From positions 1,088,001 to 1,152,000 of the forward strand of contig OZ244170.1 of assembly GCA_965216565.1 (NCBI GenBank): a stretch of DNA of 64,000 bases, written 5' to 3'. How positions within the stretch are numbered: the stretch's first letter is position 1; every line of letters starts with the position of its first letter. The DNA comes from Bythopirellula sp. Lineage in GTDB: Bacteria; Planctomycetota; Planctomycetia; Pirellulales; Lacipirellulaceae. Position numbers and translations under genes: made by a program. Positions 50,508 through 60,543 of this stretch are shown here, in pieces. The notes under the pieces were generated by a model. That model did no database searches. It saw only the letters and a list, made by a program, of their open reading frames with translations, and had not been told where the DNA came from.

Positions 50508-51736
50508 TGCTATCTGTCGATTGGCTATTTCTGGACATGAACGCCTACTTTGCCTCGGTCGAGCAGCAATTGCAGCCGGAGTTGCGCGGCGTGCCAGTGG
50601 CGGTGGTGCCCGTCATGACCGATCGTACCTGTTGCATCGCGGCCAGCTACGAGGCCCGGCCCTACGGCATTCGTACGGGCACCAATGTGGGCGAAGCGCG
50701 ACGGTGCTGTCCTCAGTTGCGGCTCGTCGAGGCTCGGCACGAACAGTATATCCAAACGCATCACAAAATCGTGGAAGCTGTCGAGACGGTGTTGCCCGTG
50801 GAGAAAGTTTGCTCGATTGACGAAATGGTCTGCAAGCTGTCACTTCATCAGCGAGAAGTGGGCGATGCCGTCTCGGTGGGCAAGGCGGTGAAGACCGCGA
50901 TTGCAGAGCAGGTAGGCCCCCACCTGCGGTGCTCAGTGGGCCTCGCTATCAATGCCTTTCTCGCGAAGGTGGCCACCAATCTGCAGAAACCCGATGGGCT
51001 GGTGACCATCACTTCGGCCGACTTACCGCAGAAACTCTACCGCCTGGGCCTCTCCGACTTTCCGGGCATTGGCCGAGGCATGTTGGCTCGACTCAACAGA
51101 AAAGGCATCACCACGGTTCGTCAATTGTGTGCCCTGTCGCGACAGGAGATGAACGATTCCTGGGAAAGCATTTTGGGAGATCAGTGGTGGCATTGGCTCC
51201 GCGGGCGAGAGTATCGGCGAACAGAAACGCAGCGGAGGTCGGTGAGTCATTCGCACGTGCTCGCACCTAAGTTTCGCACCGGCGAAGGGGCGCGTTCGGT
51301 GTTGGTCCGACTGATTCACAAAGCTGGTGCTCGATTGCGTCGACTTGGGTATTGGGCTCGCCGCATGAAGGTACGCTTGAAGTACACCGGCGGTTGGCCG
51401 GCCTGGGAAGCACCGGTCTATCTGGGCCAGTGCCAGGATACGCAGAGTATGCTGCGTGCGTTCGAAGATGCATGGGCGGAACGCGCCGCAGGGGGAACGC
51501 CTTTGCAGGTGAGCGTGTGGCTGTGGGACTTGGTCGACCAATCCAACGCCACCTTGCCGCTATTTCCCGAAGATCGCCGCAATGTACGGGCAGCCCGCGC
51601 GATGGACAACATTAACGAGTGCCTCGGGCCTAATTCCATTTACTTTGCCTCCATGCACGACGCGCGGCAGGAAGCACCCATGCGGATCGCCTTCTCTCAT
51701 ATTCCCGACGTCGTGGCGGAAGGCGAATCGCGTTAG
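50507..51736 (+). CDS. dinB: Y-family DNA polymerase (DinB-like)
   Basis: DMNAYFASVE, IAASYEAR, catalytic SIDE, AKVA..KPDG. Confidence 0.88.
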   Translation: MLSVDWLFLDMNAYFASVEQQLQPELRGVPVAVVPVMTDRTCCIAASYEARPYGIRTGTNVGEARRCCPQLRLVEARHEQYIQTHHKIVEAVETVLPVEKVCSIDEMVCKLSLHQREVGDAVSVGKAVKTAIAEQVGPHLRCSVGLAINAFLAKVATNLQKPDGLVTITSADLPQKLYRLGLSDFPGIGRGMLARLNRKGITTVRQLCALSRQEMNDSWESILGDQWWHWLRGREYRRTETQRRSVSHSHVLAPKFRTGEGARSVLVRLIHKAGARLRRLGYWARRMKVRLKYTGGWPAWEAPVYLGQCQDTQSMLRAFEDAWAERAAGGTPLQVSVWLWDLVDQSNATLPLFPEDRRNVRAARAMDNINECLGPNSIYFASMHDARQEAPMRIAFSHIPDVVAEGESR

Positions 51737-53244
51737 GGTGGAATTCGCCCAACGCTGATTTCCATCATGCACAGTTCATGAATCAGCTCGGCCTGGAATC
51801 GGTCTCGAACTTCGTTTCGAGTTTCGAGCCTACTGTCGTCGTAGGGGAGCCACTCCGACAGAATCCAAAGTCGGGAGCCGGGGGAATGCGAGTCGACAAA
51901 TTCTTCCAGCGAGCGTTTGCGCCCTTCTTTGTATTCGACGAAGATGGAGAAGCTCGATATTTCCCACTCGTCGTCCAAGTAGTAGTCCAGCGCCGTGGCG
52001 ATGTAAGGGTTTGCGACCAGCACCGGCATATTGCCGTACTCGTGGTCCTCAAGATATTGTGCCACTGCCCGAAAATCTTCTTTGGCATATCGAGGGTCGT
52101 TGTGCCGGTTGTAGACGGCAATACCGTTGAGCACCAACAGCAGACATACGGCCGGGAGCACTAGTTTGCGATGCGATAATTGGGCGGCGCCAGCTCCCAG
52201 CCAAAGCACATAGGGAAGTGCAATCCAAATGACATAGCGGTAAGTACATCCAACGCCAAACAGATTGCCTGCGTAGCCGACCAGGGGAACCATTGCCACC
52301 AGAAATACGGCCAACATTCCCAACCATTTTGAATCCTTTAGGGTCAGATAAGCAAAGTAAGAGAGCGTGGCGAGCGCAACTCCGGTGGCAGCAACCCATG
52401 GCAAGAACATTCGGATACCCTCTGCCGCTGAGATACTCCTCAGTTCGCGCATGGAGGGGCCAAAGGTAAAGCCGGAGACCTGAATTAGAAAGGTATAAGC
52501 CCAAGCCTCGATATCAAACCAGGCGACGAGACTGCCAGCGGGCATGTTTTCCGTGGCATCCAACAAGATGAGCGCCACTGGGATTGAAAACAGGGCACAG
52601 CCAGCCAGTACGATCCACGCATACCGCCATGTGCCGTGGGTCCGGGTCACCCACAGCGCCGACAGCCAGAGCACTGCCAGAAATGGGACCGCGTAGTAGT
52701 GACAATACAGTGCCAATAAACTCGCAAACCCGAGACACAACCAATCTTTGAATTTAGAAGTGCGGCTCAATCGAACCGCGGCCCACATGGCGATGCAGCA
52801 AAAAAGAAAATAGAAGCCGTAAGCACGTCCCTCGCGACTGAAGTGGATGTGGAACGGAGAAACTGCCAGGAGGAAAGCGGACCATAGCCCCACTCTCGTG
52901 CCCGCGATCTCTTTCCCAATCATCCAGACAACAACTACTGCCAAAACTCCACAGACGACACTAACCCAGCGCAATGTCAGGTCGGTGCCCGTCGCTTTGA
53001 CGCAGGACGACAGCACAAAGCGATAAAACGGAGGGAACCGGTCATCGTCTTCGTCCATGATGATGCTCTGAAGCGAAGCGTGCGCTGAGTTGATCTCCGA
53101 CACTTCATCAGATGTAAAACCTGTGCCATTGAGATCCCAAGCGCGAATCAGTAAGGCAAATACGACGATAACGGCTAGCCAGTAAGCTATAGAGTTCACT
53201 TCATTTGATTGGTGGAGATCAGTATTGGACTGTGAGGTTGTCAT
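51733..53244 (-). CDS. GT-C membrane glycosyltransferase (GT39/ArnT/PMT-like)
   Basis: FTSDE after first TM, PPFY, SPFHIHFSREGRAY; many TM helices. Confidence 0.82.
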   Translation of the reverse strand: MTTSQSNTDLHQSNEVNSIAYWLAVIVVFALLIRAWDLNGTGFTSDEVSEINSAHASLQSIIMDEDDDRFPPFYRFVLSSCVKATGTDLTLRWVSVVCGVLAVVVVWMIGKEIAGTRVGLWSAFLLAVSPFHIHFSREGRAYGFYFLFCCIAMWAAVRLSRTSKFKDWLCLGFASLLALYCHYYAVPFLAVLWLSALWVTRTHGTWRYAWIVLAGCALFSIPVALILLDATENMPAGSLVAWFDIEAWAYTFLIQVSGFTFGPSMRELRSISAAEGIRMFLPWVAATGVALATLSYFAYLTLKDSKWLGMLAVFLVAMVPLVGYAGNLFGVGCTYRYVIWIALPYVLWLGAGAAQLSHRKLVLPAVCLLLVLNGIAVYNRHNDPRYAKEDFRAVAQYLEDHEYGNMPVLVANPYIATALDYYLDDEWEISSFSIFVEYKEGRKRSLEEFVDSHSPGSRLWILSEWLPYDDSRLETRNEVRDRFQAELIHELCMMEISVGRIPP

Positions 53245-53301
53245 TATCGGTGTGCAATATCAGCAGGGTGTTACTATTCGCGGTATGGATGCAGAAAGCA
53301 C

Positions 53302-54354
53302 TTAGTTGTTTGATAATTCTTCAAGCCGATGATCGATTTCTTGGAGCAGAGCAGGATCCAGTCGGTCCTCGTTTCTATTGTAAATTGCGCTGAGTTCCAG
53401 GTCTTTAATCTTCGGCTCTGAAAGTCCGAGAATCTTGCAGCCCACGTGGTTCAAGAGAACTTCCGGCTTGCTACACAATTCTTCATAGGATGTGACGAAA
53501 AATCGTTCCGAGCCGAGTCGTTCGGCCTGGGTGTTTGCGAGGTTCTGGTGGTACAGAATCTGTTTGCAGATAGAGCTAATTGGATCGTCTAGATCAGAAG
53601 TTTCCGGCGACACTAGCCCATACGGTTTTGCAATGGTTCCGTTAATAAGTAGCCGTGCTTGGTAAAGCGATTGTGCCATGTACCGTGGCTCGCGAGTGAT
53701 GCAAATGAAATAGCTGTTTTCCAAAATGTCAGCAATCAAGTGTGCGATGGAATTCAAGCTATTGCACTTAGCCAGCAGTGCTCGTGGAAACGCTGCTTCC
53801 CAGGCGGCGAAAAACTGTTGCATCTCTTCGGCAGTCTCGGCATTGATTTCGAAATGTGGGTGTTGGCGATCTTCGCCCAGCCACCGATCCCACACATACA
53901 AGGCATCGTTCATGCCTGAAAAGCCAGTGGTTCTTCCGTAGAAATTATGGGCCGGTTGTCGATTCAGCTTCATAACGCCCGGCACTAGCTTCTGCGCAGT
54001 GATTGGCGAACGTGGGAAGAGGGACGAAAGATTCGTAAAGTAGGAAAATGGAAAGTGCTGAGCGAGAAATTGAACCGCGCAGGTTGTCCCGGTACGAGGT
54101 CCTCCACAAACGAAGATCTGCGGCAGGGAAGAGGGCGGAGCCGAATCGTACTTGCGACGTTCGAGCGGGGAAAGAAGTAGATCGAAAGGAGTGGCGGCCA
54201 TACCCAGTAAAGCGGCGGTAATGGCAAAGAGCGCAGCGGGATCGCGAGTTGCGATCAGCCTTTTAGTAAGTCCTATCGGATCTCGAAAGTGTGCCGGTAC
54301 AAATCTGTGTACCAGACGTCGCGCATAGCTCGGCTCAGAATTGAGTCTGCTCAT
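53302..54354 (-). CDS. Sulfotransferase
   Basis: 5'-PSB motif GGPRTGTT, ITREP, SYEEL; start MSRLN overlaps the upstream stop (ATGA). Confidence 0.82.
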   Translation of the reverse strand: MSRLNSEPSYARRLVHRFVPAHFRDPIGLTKRLIATRDPAALFAITAALLGMAATPFDLLLSPLERRKYDSAPPSSLPQIFVCGGPRTGTTCAVQFLAQHFPFSYFTNLSSLFPRSPITAQKLVPGVMKLNRQPAHNFYGRTTGFSGMNDALYVWDRWLGEDRQHPHFEINAETAEEMQQFFAAWEAAFPRALLAKCNSLNSIAHLIADILENSYFICITREPRYMAQSLYQARLLINGTIAKPYGLVSPETSDLDDPISSICKQILYHQNLANTQAERLGSERFFVTSYEELCSKPEVLLNHVGCKILGLSEPKIKDLELSAIYNRNEDRLDPALLQEIDHRLEELSNN

Positions 54355-55334
54355 GCCTCTGCTTTCATGCCAGGCATAGACTGAGAAATGCTCTCCGCTT
54401 TTAGTTGGGCCTGCACTGCCTGGCAATGTTCTGCCAGGGTGACCACCTGATGGGATTCGGCCAGCAGATCTACGACATTTCCAACCAGGGCCAGCTTGTC
54501 GCGCGACTTGCCTTTCATCGCCGGAAAGAAAGACAAGTCTTGTTCGTCCTCTGAACCAAGAAAGTCGAGTGGATGTAGCAGAAGCGAAGGTTCTACCCGA
54601 AACAAACGACACATCCCTAAAGCAAAGCGGAAATAGGTCAGCGCCAGGAAGCGTGAATACTCCGCCAGATACAGCAAATAACTGACATGGATTGGCAGCT
54701 TAAAGAGGGGCATGGTCGTGACGGGGATTTCCACCAGATCGCCAGGCAAATCTTGCCACACGTAAGGACGCAAGGGTCGGAATCCTTCGCTGAATGTTCC
54801 GAACAGTTTTTTCCGCTCTGCTCGTTGGCTGCGGTCCAGGTTCGAGCGGAAGAAATAGTACATGCGTGCCAGCGGACCGAGAAACATGGGAAATGTCGAG
54901 CAGTCGTATTGGTATCCACGTCTAGCTAACTCGCTTAGCAGTTGTCGGGAAAAGCTGAATCCAGGCCCTCGGAAACCAAGGGGACGTTGGCCGGTGGATT
55001 GTTCGATGGCCTCTTCGGCTTGCTGCAACTCGGCGGCAATTTGCTCGGAAGAGTAGAGATGCAACCAGGGCTCGTGATGAAAAGAATGGTTGCCGATCTC
55101 GTGGCCGGCGTCCGCAATCGATTTTAAGGCCGCTTTGTTTTTCTCCAGGGCAGCGTCTTGGCCGACAACAAAGAATGTAATCGTGAGCTGTCGGGCCGAC
55201 AGGAAATCCAGCACTCTAGGGACAACAAGATCCAAGTAGCTCGGGAAATCTTCCCAGCCTTTGTCGCCATGGGTCTTCAAATAAGACCATTTGTTATCAA
55301 GATCGAGCGACAAGCTCGCAATTGGCCTTGACAT
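54351..55334 (-). CDS. Polysaccharide deacetylase
   Basis: SLDLD, TFFVVG, HEIGNHSFHH, GFRGPG, YDCS, LLHP. Confidence 0.88.
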   Translation of the reverse strand: MSRPIASLSLDLDNKWSYLKTHGDKGWEDFPSYLDLVVPRVLDFLSARQLTITFFVVGQDAALEKNKAALKSIADAGHEIGNHSFHHEPWLHLYSSEQIAAELQQAEEAIEQSTGQRPLGFRGPGFSFSRQLLSELARRGYQYDCSTFPMFLGPLARMYYFFRSNLDRSQRAERKKLFGTFSEGFRPLRPYVWQDLPGDLVEIPVTTMPLFKLPIHVSYLLYLAEYSRFLALTYFRFALGMCRLFRVEPSLLLHPLDFLGSEDEQDLSFFPAMKGKSRDKLALVGNVVDLLAESHQVVTLAEHCQAVQAQLKAESISQSMPGMKAEA

Positions 55335-56730
55335 GATTCGTGTTGTGTTGAATAGGGTTACTTGAGAGAGTTGTCGAATTGCAAGCGGGCAAAAGGTGCT
55401 CAGCAAAAGCGTCATCTGCTACGCCAATCACTTCGTTGACATTGAGCGTTCCCTTAACAATTTGGGCAGAATTTACAACAAACAATCCTGGCAAGGACGT
55501 CGCCACCGAGGGTAGGTGCTCAGAGTAGTTGAGCGTTGGTAATGCCATGACGTTCTTCACGCGGGAGACGCGAAACGCCTCCACCTCCATCCGGTCGAAC
55601 TTGGGATACATGGATTCTAATGCAGAGAAGAACTTCTCTTGCAGTTCCTCGTCGGTCCAGTTCCAAGAAGGGTCGTCTGCGGAAACGTAACGCGGCAGAT
55701 AAACGAGGTGCCGATCTGCCATCTCTGTGGGATCGACCAAGGTTGTCATTTCAATGACTGCCGTGAAGGGAACCCAGGAGTCTGTGATATTTGTCACATA
55801 GTACTTGGCCAAGTTTCGCTTCATCAGCACAGAAGCACAAAGAATGCCAAGATATTCGATTTTGGTATGAGCTGTTCTTTCGCTCTCGGTTAATTGGGGG
55901 CACAAGTGAGGGACCACCGAGGAAGGGGCAGTTACTACCACGCGATCGAATTGCTGGGGTTCATGAAGATCCGACTCCACTAGAAACGAGTCATCTGGCT
56001 GCTGGGTAACTCTGTTGATCGGGAACGAGGTCTTTAGCTCAACGCCCAAATCTTTCAAATGGTGAGAGAACGTCTCGAGTACCCGTGCGTATCCGCCAGG
56101 CACATAGCCGAACATTTCCTTCTTCAGGCCGCTATGGCGGGCTTGATACATGCGTGCAATCGTGGCCCAAATGAATGCAGCGGAAACACGTTGATAAGTC
56201 TTGCCGAGTTTTGCTTGTAATAGAGGCAGCCAAATCTTCTTGAAGGTCCCCGCCCCCGACCATTTCGTCAGCCAATCAGCTACCAGCTGCTTCTCGAGCG
56301 GTTGCCAATTGCGAATCTTCGATGCCCAAAGAATTGTCATTGCAAGCCGACATTTTTCGACCAGGCCAAGGGGAGGGAAACGAAGGAACTCCCAACTGCT
56401 GGACATCGAGTGCAACGTGCCCTCGGTGTAGAAGCCGGTCTTCGTTTCTACCCACTTCATGTCAGATTCAAGATCGAGTTCCGCAAGCAGATTGCGTAAT
56501 CGCAAATCGGAAAGCAGTGTCACGTGATAGTGCCGATCCCACGTCACGTCGCCAAGTTGCCAGGCACTTGCCAAACCACCTAGTTCAGGTCCCGCCTCTA
56601 TTAGCGTGACGTTCTGTCCTGCCTTTGCTAGTCGATGGGCAAGCGTCATCCCCAGCATCCCGCCGCCAACGATAGCCCAACGGCAAGACGGTTCAGATTG
56701 GGCTTCGGCAATCTTGCTCATTTCTGACAA
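55297..56730 (-). CDS. FAD-dependent oxidoreductase (HemY/amine-oxidase-like)
   Basis: VGGGMLG, EAGPELGGL, DRHYH. Confidence 0.82.
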   Translation of the reverse strand: MSEMSKIAEAQSEPSCRWAIVGGGMLGMTLAHRLAKAGQNVTLIEAGPELGGLASAWQLGDVTWDRHYHVTLLSDLRLRNLLAELDLESDMKWVETKTGFYTEGTLHSMSSSWEFLRFPPLGLVEKCRLAMTILWASKIRNWQPLEKQLVADWLTKWSGAGTFKKIWLPLLQAKLGKTYQRVSAAFIWATIARMYQARHSGLKKEMFGYVPGGYARVLETFSHHLKDLGVELKTSFPINRVTQQPDDSFLVESDLHEPQQFDRVVVTAPSSVVPHLCPQLTESERTAHTKIEYLGILCASVLMKRNLAKYYVTNITDSWVPFTAVIEMTTLVDPTEMADRHLVYLPRYVSADDPSWNWTDEELQEKFFSALESMYPKFDRMEVEAFRVSRVKNVMALPTLNYSEHLPSVATSLPGLFVVNSAQIVKGTLNVNEVIGVADDAFAEHLLPACNSTTLSSNPIQHNTNHVKANCELVARS

Positions 56731-57374
56731 CCTGCCTGTGAGTTACTCTCCATCGTCAGATCGCTCACCACACCGTGGTCTACTCTATATCCTGCCGAGC
56801 ACTTGGTACACGTAACAGTTTGGACATCGAGAGGTTCACCAGCCGTCCATTTACAAAGTGGTTTGCCACATCGGCAGACGCAGCCAACTGAGCGGGCTGG
56901 ATTGCCCAGGACTAGATGAAATTCGGGCACATCGCGCGTGACGACACTCCCCATACCGATCATTGCGAATTGGCCAATGGTAAGTCCGCTGCCTACCACG
57001 CAGCCGGCACCGATTGTTGCACCGCGACATACTGTGGTTTGTAACGTTTCTGCATTGGGGTCAGAACTCAGGGGTGATTTCAAATCGGGCGAAGTCGCTC
57101 GGGGGAATTGATCGTTTGTAAAAACTGTCCCGGCACTTACCATCACTCCATCTTCGATAGTCACGCCATAGCACACATAGACCATGGCATTAATTTTCAC
57201 CCGGTGCCCAATCTGCACATCGTAAGCAATATACGACTTCTCGCCGACAATGCACTGTTCGCCCAAAGACGCGCCGTGCCGGATATGGACACTGTCCCAA
57301 ATCGCGGTGCCCGCACCCAATTGAACATTGTCTTCGACAATCGCGGTTGGGTGAATTCGGACTTCGCTGGACAT
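56718..57374 (-). CDS. Hexapeptide-repeat N-acyltransferase (WbpD-like)
   Basis: IHPTAIV, FTND, GNPAR, C-terminal CVCRCG..CTKC. Confidence 0.85.
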   Translation of the reverse strand: MSSEVRIHPTAIVEDNVQLGAGTAIWDSVHIRHGASLGEQCIVGEKSYIAYDVQIGHRVKINAMVYVCYGVTIEDGVMVSAGTVFTNDQFPRATSPDLKSPLSSDPNAETLQTTVCRGATIGAGCVVGSGLTIGQFAMIGMGSVVTRDVPEFHLVLGNPARSVGCVCRCGKPLCKWTAGEPLDVQTVTCTKCSAGYRVDHGVVSDLTMESNSQAGCQK

Positions 57375-57377
57375 AGT

Positions 57378-58400
57378 TCAAGAACTCATGGCAGATTGAG
57401 GGCTGTCGCTAGGCAAGATCGGTTCCCAATCACCTTGACGCATTCCACGGTAGGCGGCTTCGATGACCTCGACAGAGGCCAAGGCGTCTTCTGGAGTTAC
57501 GACTAGCGATTGACGCCCCTGGATGGCCGCGGCAAAGTTTTCGAGCTGCCTCTGGAAAGCGTCTACTTTATTGTATCCGCCTCCGAATACGTTCCAGTGT
57601 TCTTCGCCCGAGCGGCGATACTTGGATTCCTGCCAGCCGATGAGCAGAGTCCCGGCACTACCATAGATGGAGATGAAATAGGGCTGCTCCTTATTCACAC
57701 TCCAGGAAAGATCAATACTCGCTAGGACGCCCGATTCGCTGCGGACGAAAAAACGGACTGTGTCTTCAACCGGAAGATCCTGGATGCGATTGCCTTCCAT
57801 CGCTTGCACTTCGGATAGTCGGCCGAGAAAAAAACGGGTGATGTCCACTGAATGGGTGCCGTTGTCAATTAGCACGCCTCCTCCAGAGATAGCTGGATCG
57901 GAGTTCCACCTCTTCGACATGTCGACGCGACCTGTGAACACATTTTCGAAAAGGACAATTTCTCCGATCAAACCCGACTCGACAATCGCCTTGGCCACAC
58001 TTACGTCGGCTACATAGCGAAACTTCGACGCCATAGTGAACACCATGCCATTGAAGTCTGCGCAGTCAAGAATCTGTTTTGCGGATGTTGAATCGATAGA
58101 CAGTGGCTTCTCGCACAATACATGAAGTTTGCGAGAGAGTAGATCGCAGCAGACGTCTTTATGAGTGACTGGTGGCGTGCAAACGACAACCGCATCCAGA
58201 TCCATTTCCTCGGTCATTTGGTCCAGATTGTGGAAAGCCAGGCAGTTGTTTGCTTCGGCAAAAGCCTCGGCAGCTTCTGGTCGGCAGTCAGCTGCTGCAC
58301 TCAATTCAATGTGCTCGGAAGTGGCAAACGCTTGGGCGTACGCTTGGGCAATGGCTCCAGTACCAACGATGCCAAATATTACGGGTGTGGTCTTCTTCAT
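57378..58400 (-). CDS. Gfo/Idh/MocA oxidoreductase (nucleotide-sugar dehydrogenase-like)
   Basis: VGTGAIA, CEKP, GGGVLIDNGTH. Confidence 0.88.
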   Translation of the reverse strand: MKKTTPVIFGIVGTGAIAQAYAQAFATSEHIELSAAADCRPEAAEAFAEANNCLAFHNLDQMTEEMDLDAVVVCTPPVTHKDVCCDLLSRKLHVLCEKPLSIDSTSAKQILDCADFNGMVFTMASKFRYVADVSVAKAIVESGLIGEIVLFENVFTGRVDMSKRWNSDPAISGGGVLIDNGTHSVDITRFFLGRLSEVQAMEGNRIQDLPVEDTVRFFVRSESGVLASIDLSWSVNKEQPYFISIYGSAGTLLIGWQESKYRRSGEEHWNVFGGGYNKVDAFQRQLENFAAAIQGRQSLVVTPEDALASVEVIEAAYRGMRQGDWEPILPSDSPQSAMSS

Positions 58401-58417
58401 CTAGGAGCTTTCTATGC

Positions 58418-59653
58418 CTAGGAGTGCGTGAGCTCGGTGTACGCGTCGCGGATGCTAGTGATGACGTACTCGACATGTTCTGAGGTGTAACGTTCGTTGA
58501 GTGGCAAGACTAGGACGTTCGCGAGTGCCTTGTAGGTACCTGGGAATTGTTCGGGAGAGTAGTCGAGAGCCTCACAACGAGCTTCAGTGAACGGGAAACG
58601 ACTGTTGCCGAATGTTCGTTGTTCGCGGAAGATTTCGCATTCGAACGCAGGTTTTTGGATATAGCGAGGAGCGCAGAAGATGCTGCGGTTTCGTAGATTT
58701 TGAGCCAAGCCATCGATTCCCCCCGTCAAGGCTTCGGAGTCGACCTGCAAGCAGTACTTCCAATAGGTATGAACAGCTTGCGGCTCGACCTGAGGAGTTG
58801 AAATGCCGGGAAGTCCAGCCAGCCCCTCATCAAACGCGGTGGCTATATTGCGCCTTCGTTCGACGAAGTCGCCGAGTTTATCCATTTGGGCTACCGCCAC
58901 GGCACCCGAGAGTTCGTTCATTCTGTAATTCAAAGCAAGAAAATAGTGGTCAGGATTCTTGTCCCCGTAGCCCCAGGCTTTGTTAATAAACAGGAACATT
59001 CTGCGGGCCAGGTCTTCGTTGTCGGTCGTAACCAGGCCGCCCTCGCCGGTGGTAATGTGTTTGCCTTGTTGCAGGCTGAAACAACCGATGTCGCCCAAAG
59101 TTCCGACCGGTTTCCCATCGTACAAAGCCCCGAAGGCCTGGGCACAATCCTCGATCACCGGAATGTTTCGTCCACGAGCCAGCTCCATGATTTCGTTCAT
59201 GTTGGCCGGATTGCCAAATAGGTGTGTTACCATGATGGCCTTGGTGCGCTCGCTAAGGACCTTTTCGATCGAATCGGCCGTCAAGTTGTAGGTCAGCGGA
59301 TCTACGTCGGCAAACATCGGGATAGCCGATTGATAGAGGATCGGAGTGAGCGCTCCCATATCGGTGATGGAAGTCGTCACCACCTCGTCGCCCGGTTCGG
59401 GATCAATTGCTGCCAAGGCTGTATGAAGGGCGGCAGTTCCGGAAGAACAGGCGTAAGCGTTCCCGACTCCAATTAGCTCCGCAAAACGCTTCTCAAACTG
59501 CTTTACCCACTGGCCTTTCGTGCTGGTGAGCGTGCCGCTTTCGATAACTGCCGCAAGTTGCGATATTTCTTCATCGCCCATTTCACGGCCCGATGCATCT
59601 TGGTCGGATGGCAATTGCATGAGCTGTTCGTTTTGTTGGGTGTCTGTCGCCAC
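58418..59653 (-). CDS. DegT/DnrJ/EryC1/StrS sugar aminotransferase
   Basis: SSGTAALH, EDCAQA, SLQQGKHITTGEGG, NYRM. Confidence 0.92.
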   Translation of the reverse strand: MATDTQQNEQLMQLPSDQDASGREMGDEEISQLAAVIESGTLTSTKGQWVKQFEKRFAELIGVGNAYACSSGTAALHTALAAIDPEPGDEVVTTSITDMGALTPILYQSAIPMFADVDPLTYNLTADSIEKVLSERTKAIMVTHLFGNPANMNEIMELARGRNIPVIEDCAQAFGALYDGKPVGTLGDIGCFSLQQGKHITTGEGGLVTTDNEDLARRMFLFINKAWGYGDKNPDHYFLALNYRMNELSGAVAVAQMDKLGDFVERRRNIATAFDEGLAGLPGISTPQVEPQAVHTYWKYCLQVDSEALTGGIDGLAQNLRNRSIFCAPRYIQKPAFECEIFREQRTFGNSRFPFTEARCEALDYSPEQFPGTYKALANVLVLPLNERYTSEHVEYVITSIRDAYTELTHS

Positions 59654-59729
59654 CGAGTTCTCACTTTCTCTTTTTTTAATCTAGAGTCCTATTCTAACTG
59701 CTCACCGCACCGATGCGAATTACTGAGTA

Positions 59730-60524
59730 TCACTCGAACTTGCTACGCAGGATCAAGCTCATCAATTTCAGGTGTTTGAGCCCTTCGCGAATGACTTTCA
59801 TTTTCGATTGGCCCGCGATTCGTTTTCTCAAGGTAGCCGGATGTTCGATGATGGTTCCTCCCGCACGATCCAACCTCCAGAGAAGCTCGACCACGCCGAC
59901 GTAGCCGCGATTGATGGGCTGGAGATCAACGACCCGACTCCGACGGTAAACTCGGAAGCAACCGGTGTAGCAGTGGAGTTTGGTGCGGAGCAGTAACCAG
60001 TAGATATTCGATACGCGTCGCGAGAGCCAAAGCCGCCACAAAGGGATGTTGTCTACTTTGCCCTCAGGGTGATACGGGGAGGCTGCCACTAAATCGACGT
60101 CATCGGTCATCAGTGGCACCATCTCGCGGATGAGTTTGATGTCGTACGAGTTATCGGCATCCATAGAAACGACTAACTCGCTTTGGGCATGTGCGATGCC
60201 AGTATGAATGGCAGCAGCAATGCCGCGATTCTCCGCGTGAGCCACGACTCGGAAATGATCTTGGAATTCGACGGCTTGCTTCAGCAGCTCCGCTGTGCCG
60301 TCGTTACTGCCATCGTCTACCAAGATGAAATTGAAGTCAAAGATATCGCCTTGCTCGACTTCCAATTCTTGTAACACCTCTATTAGACCATCAATACATT
60401 CCCGTTCGTTATAAATCGGGACCACGACACTCACTTGCTGCAGATCGGTGGCAGGCTCTCCAGAGCGCGCAGTGCGAGCCAACCCTTGGGTGGCGATCGT
60501 AGCTGAGGGAGTGTGGTTGGTCAT
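59730..60524 (-). CDS. GT2 polyprenol-phosphate glycosyltransferase (DPM1/ArnC-like)
   Basis: VVPIYNE, VDDGSNDGT, NRG, MDAD, R..GQSKM; start moved to MTNHT. Confidence 0.85.
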   Translation of the reverse strand: MTNHTPSATIATQGLARTARSGEPATDLQQVSVVVPIYNERECIDGLIEVLQELEVEQGDIFDFNFILVDDGSNDGTAELLKQAVEFQDHFRVVAHAENRGIAAAIHTGIAHAQSELVVSMDADNSYDIKLIREMVPLMTDDVDLVAASPYHPEGKVDNIPLWRLWLSRRVSNIYWLLLRTKLHCYTGCFRVYRRSRVVDLQPINRGYVGVVELLWRLDRAGGTIIEHPATLRKRIAGQSKMKVIREGLKHLKLMSLILRSKFE

Positions 60525-60543
60525 GAGGTACTTGGAAGTTTTC

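Noticed and set aside
54355..54612. Extended start of the sulfotransferase ORF (similar extensions at 35340, 55415 and 60719)
   Set aside because: These extensions overlap upstream genes extensively; downstream starts give coupled or short-gap junctions.
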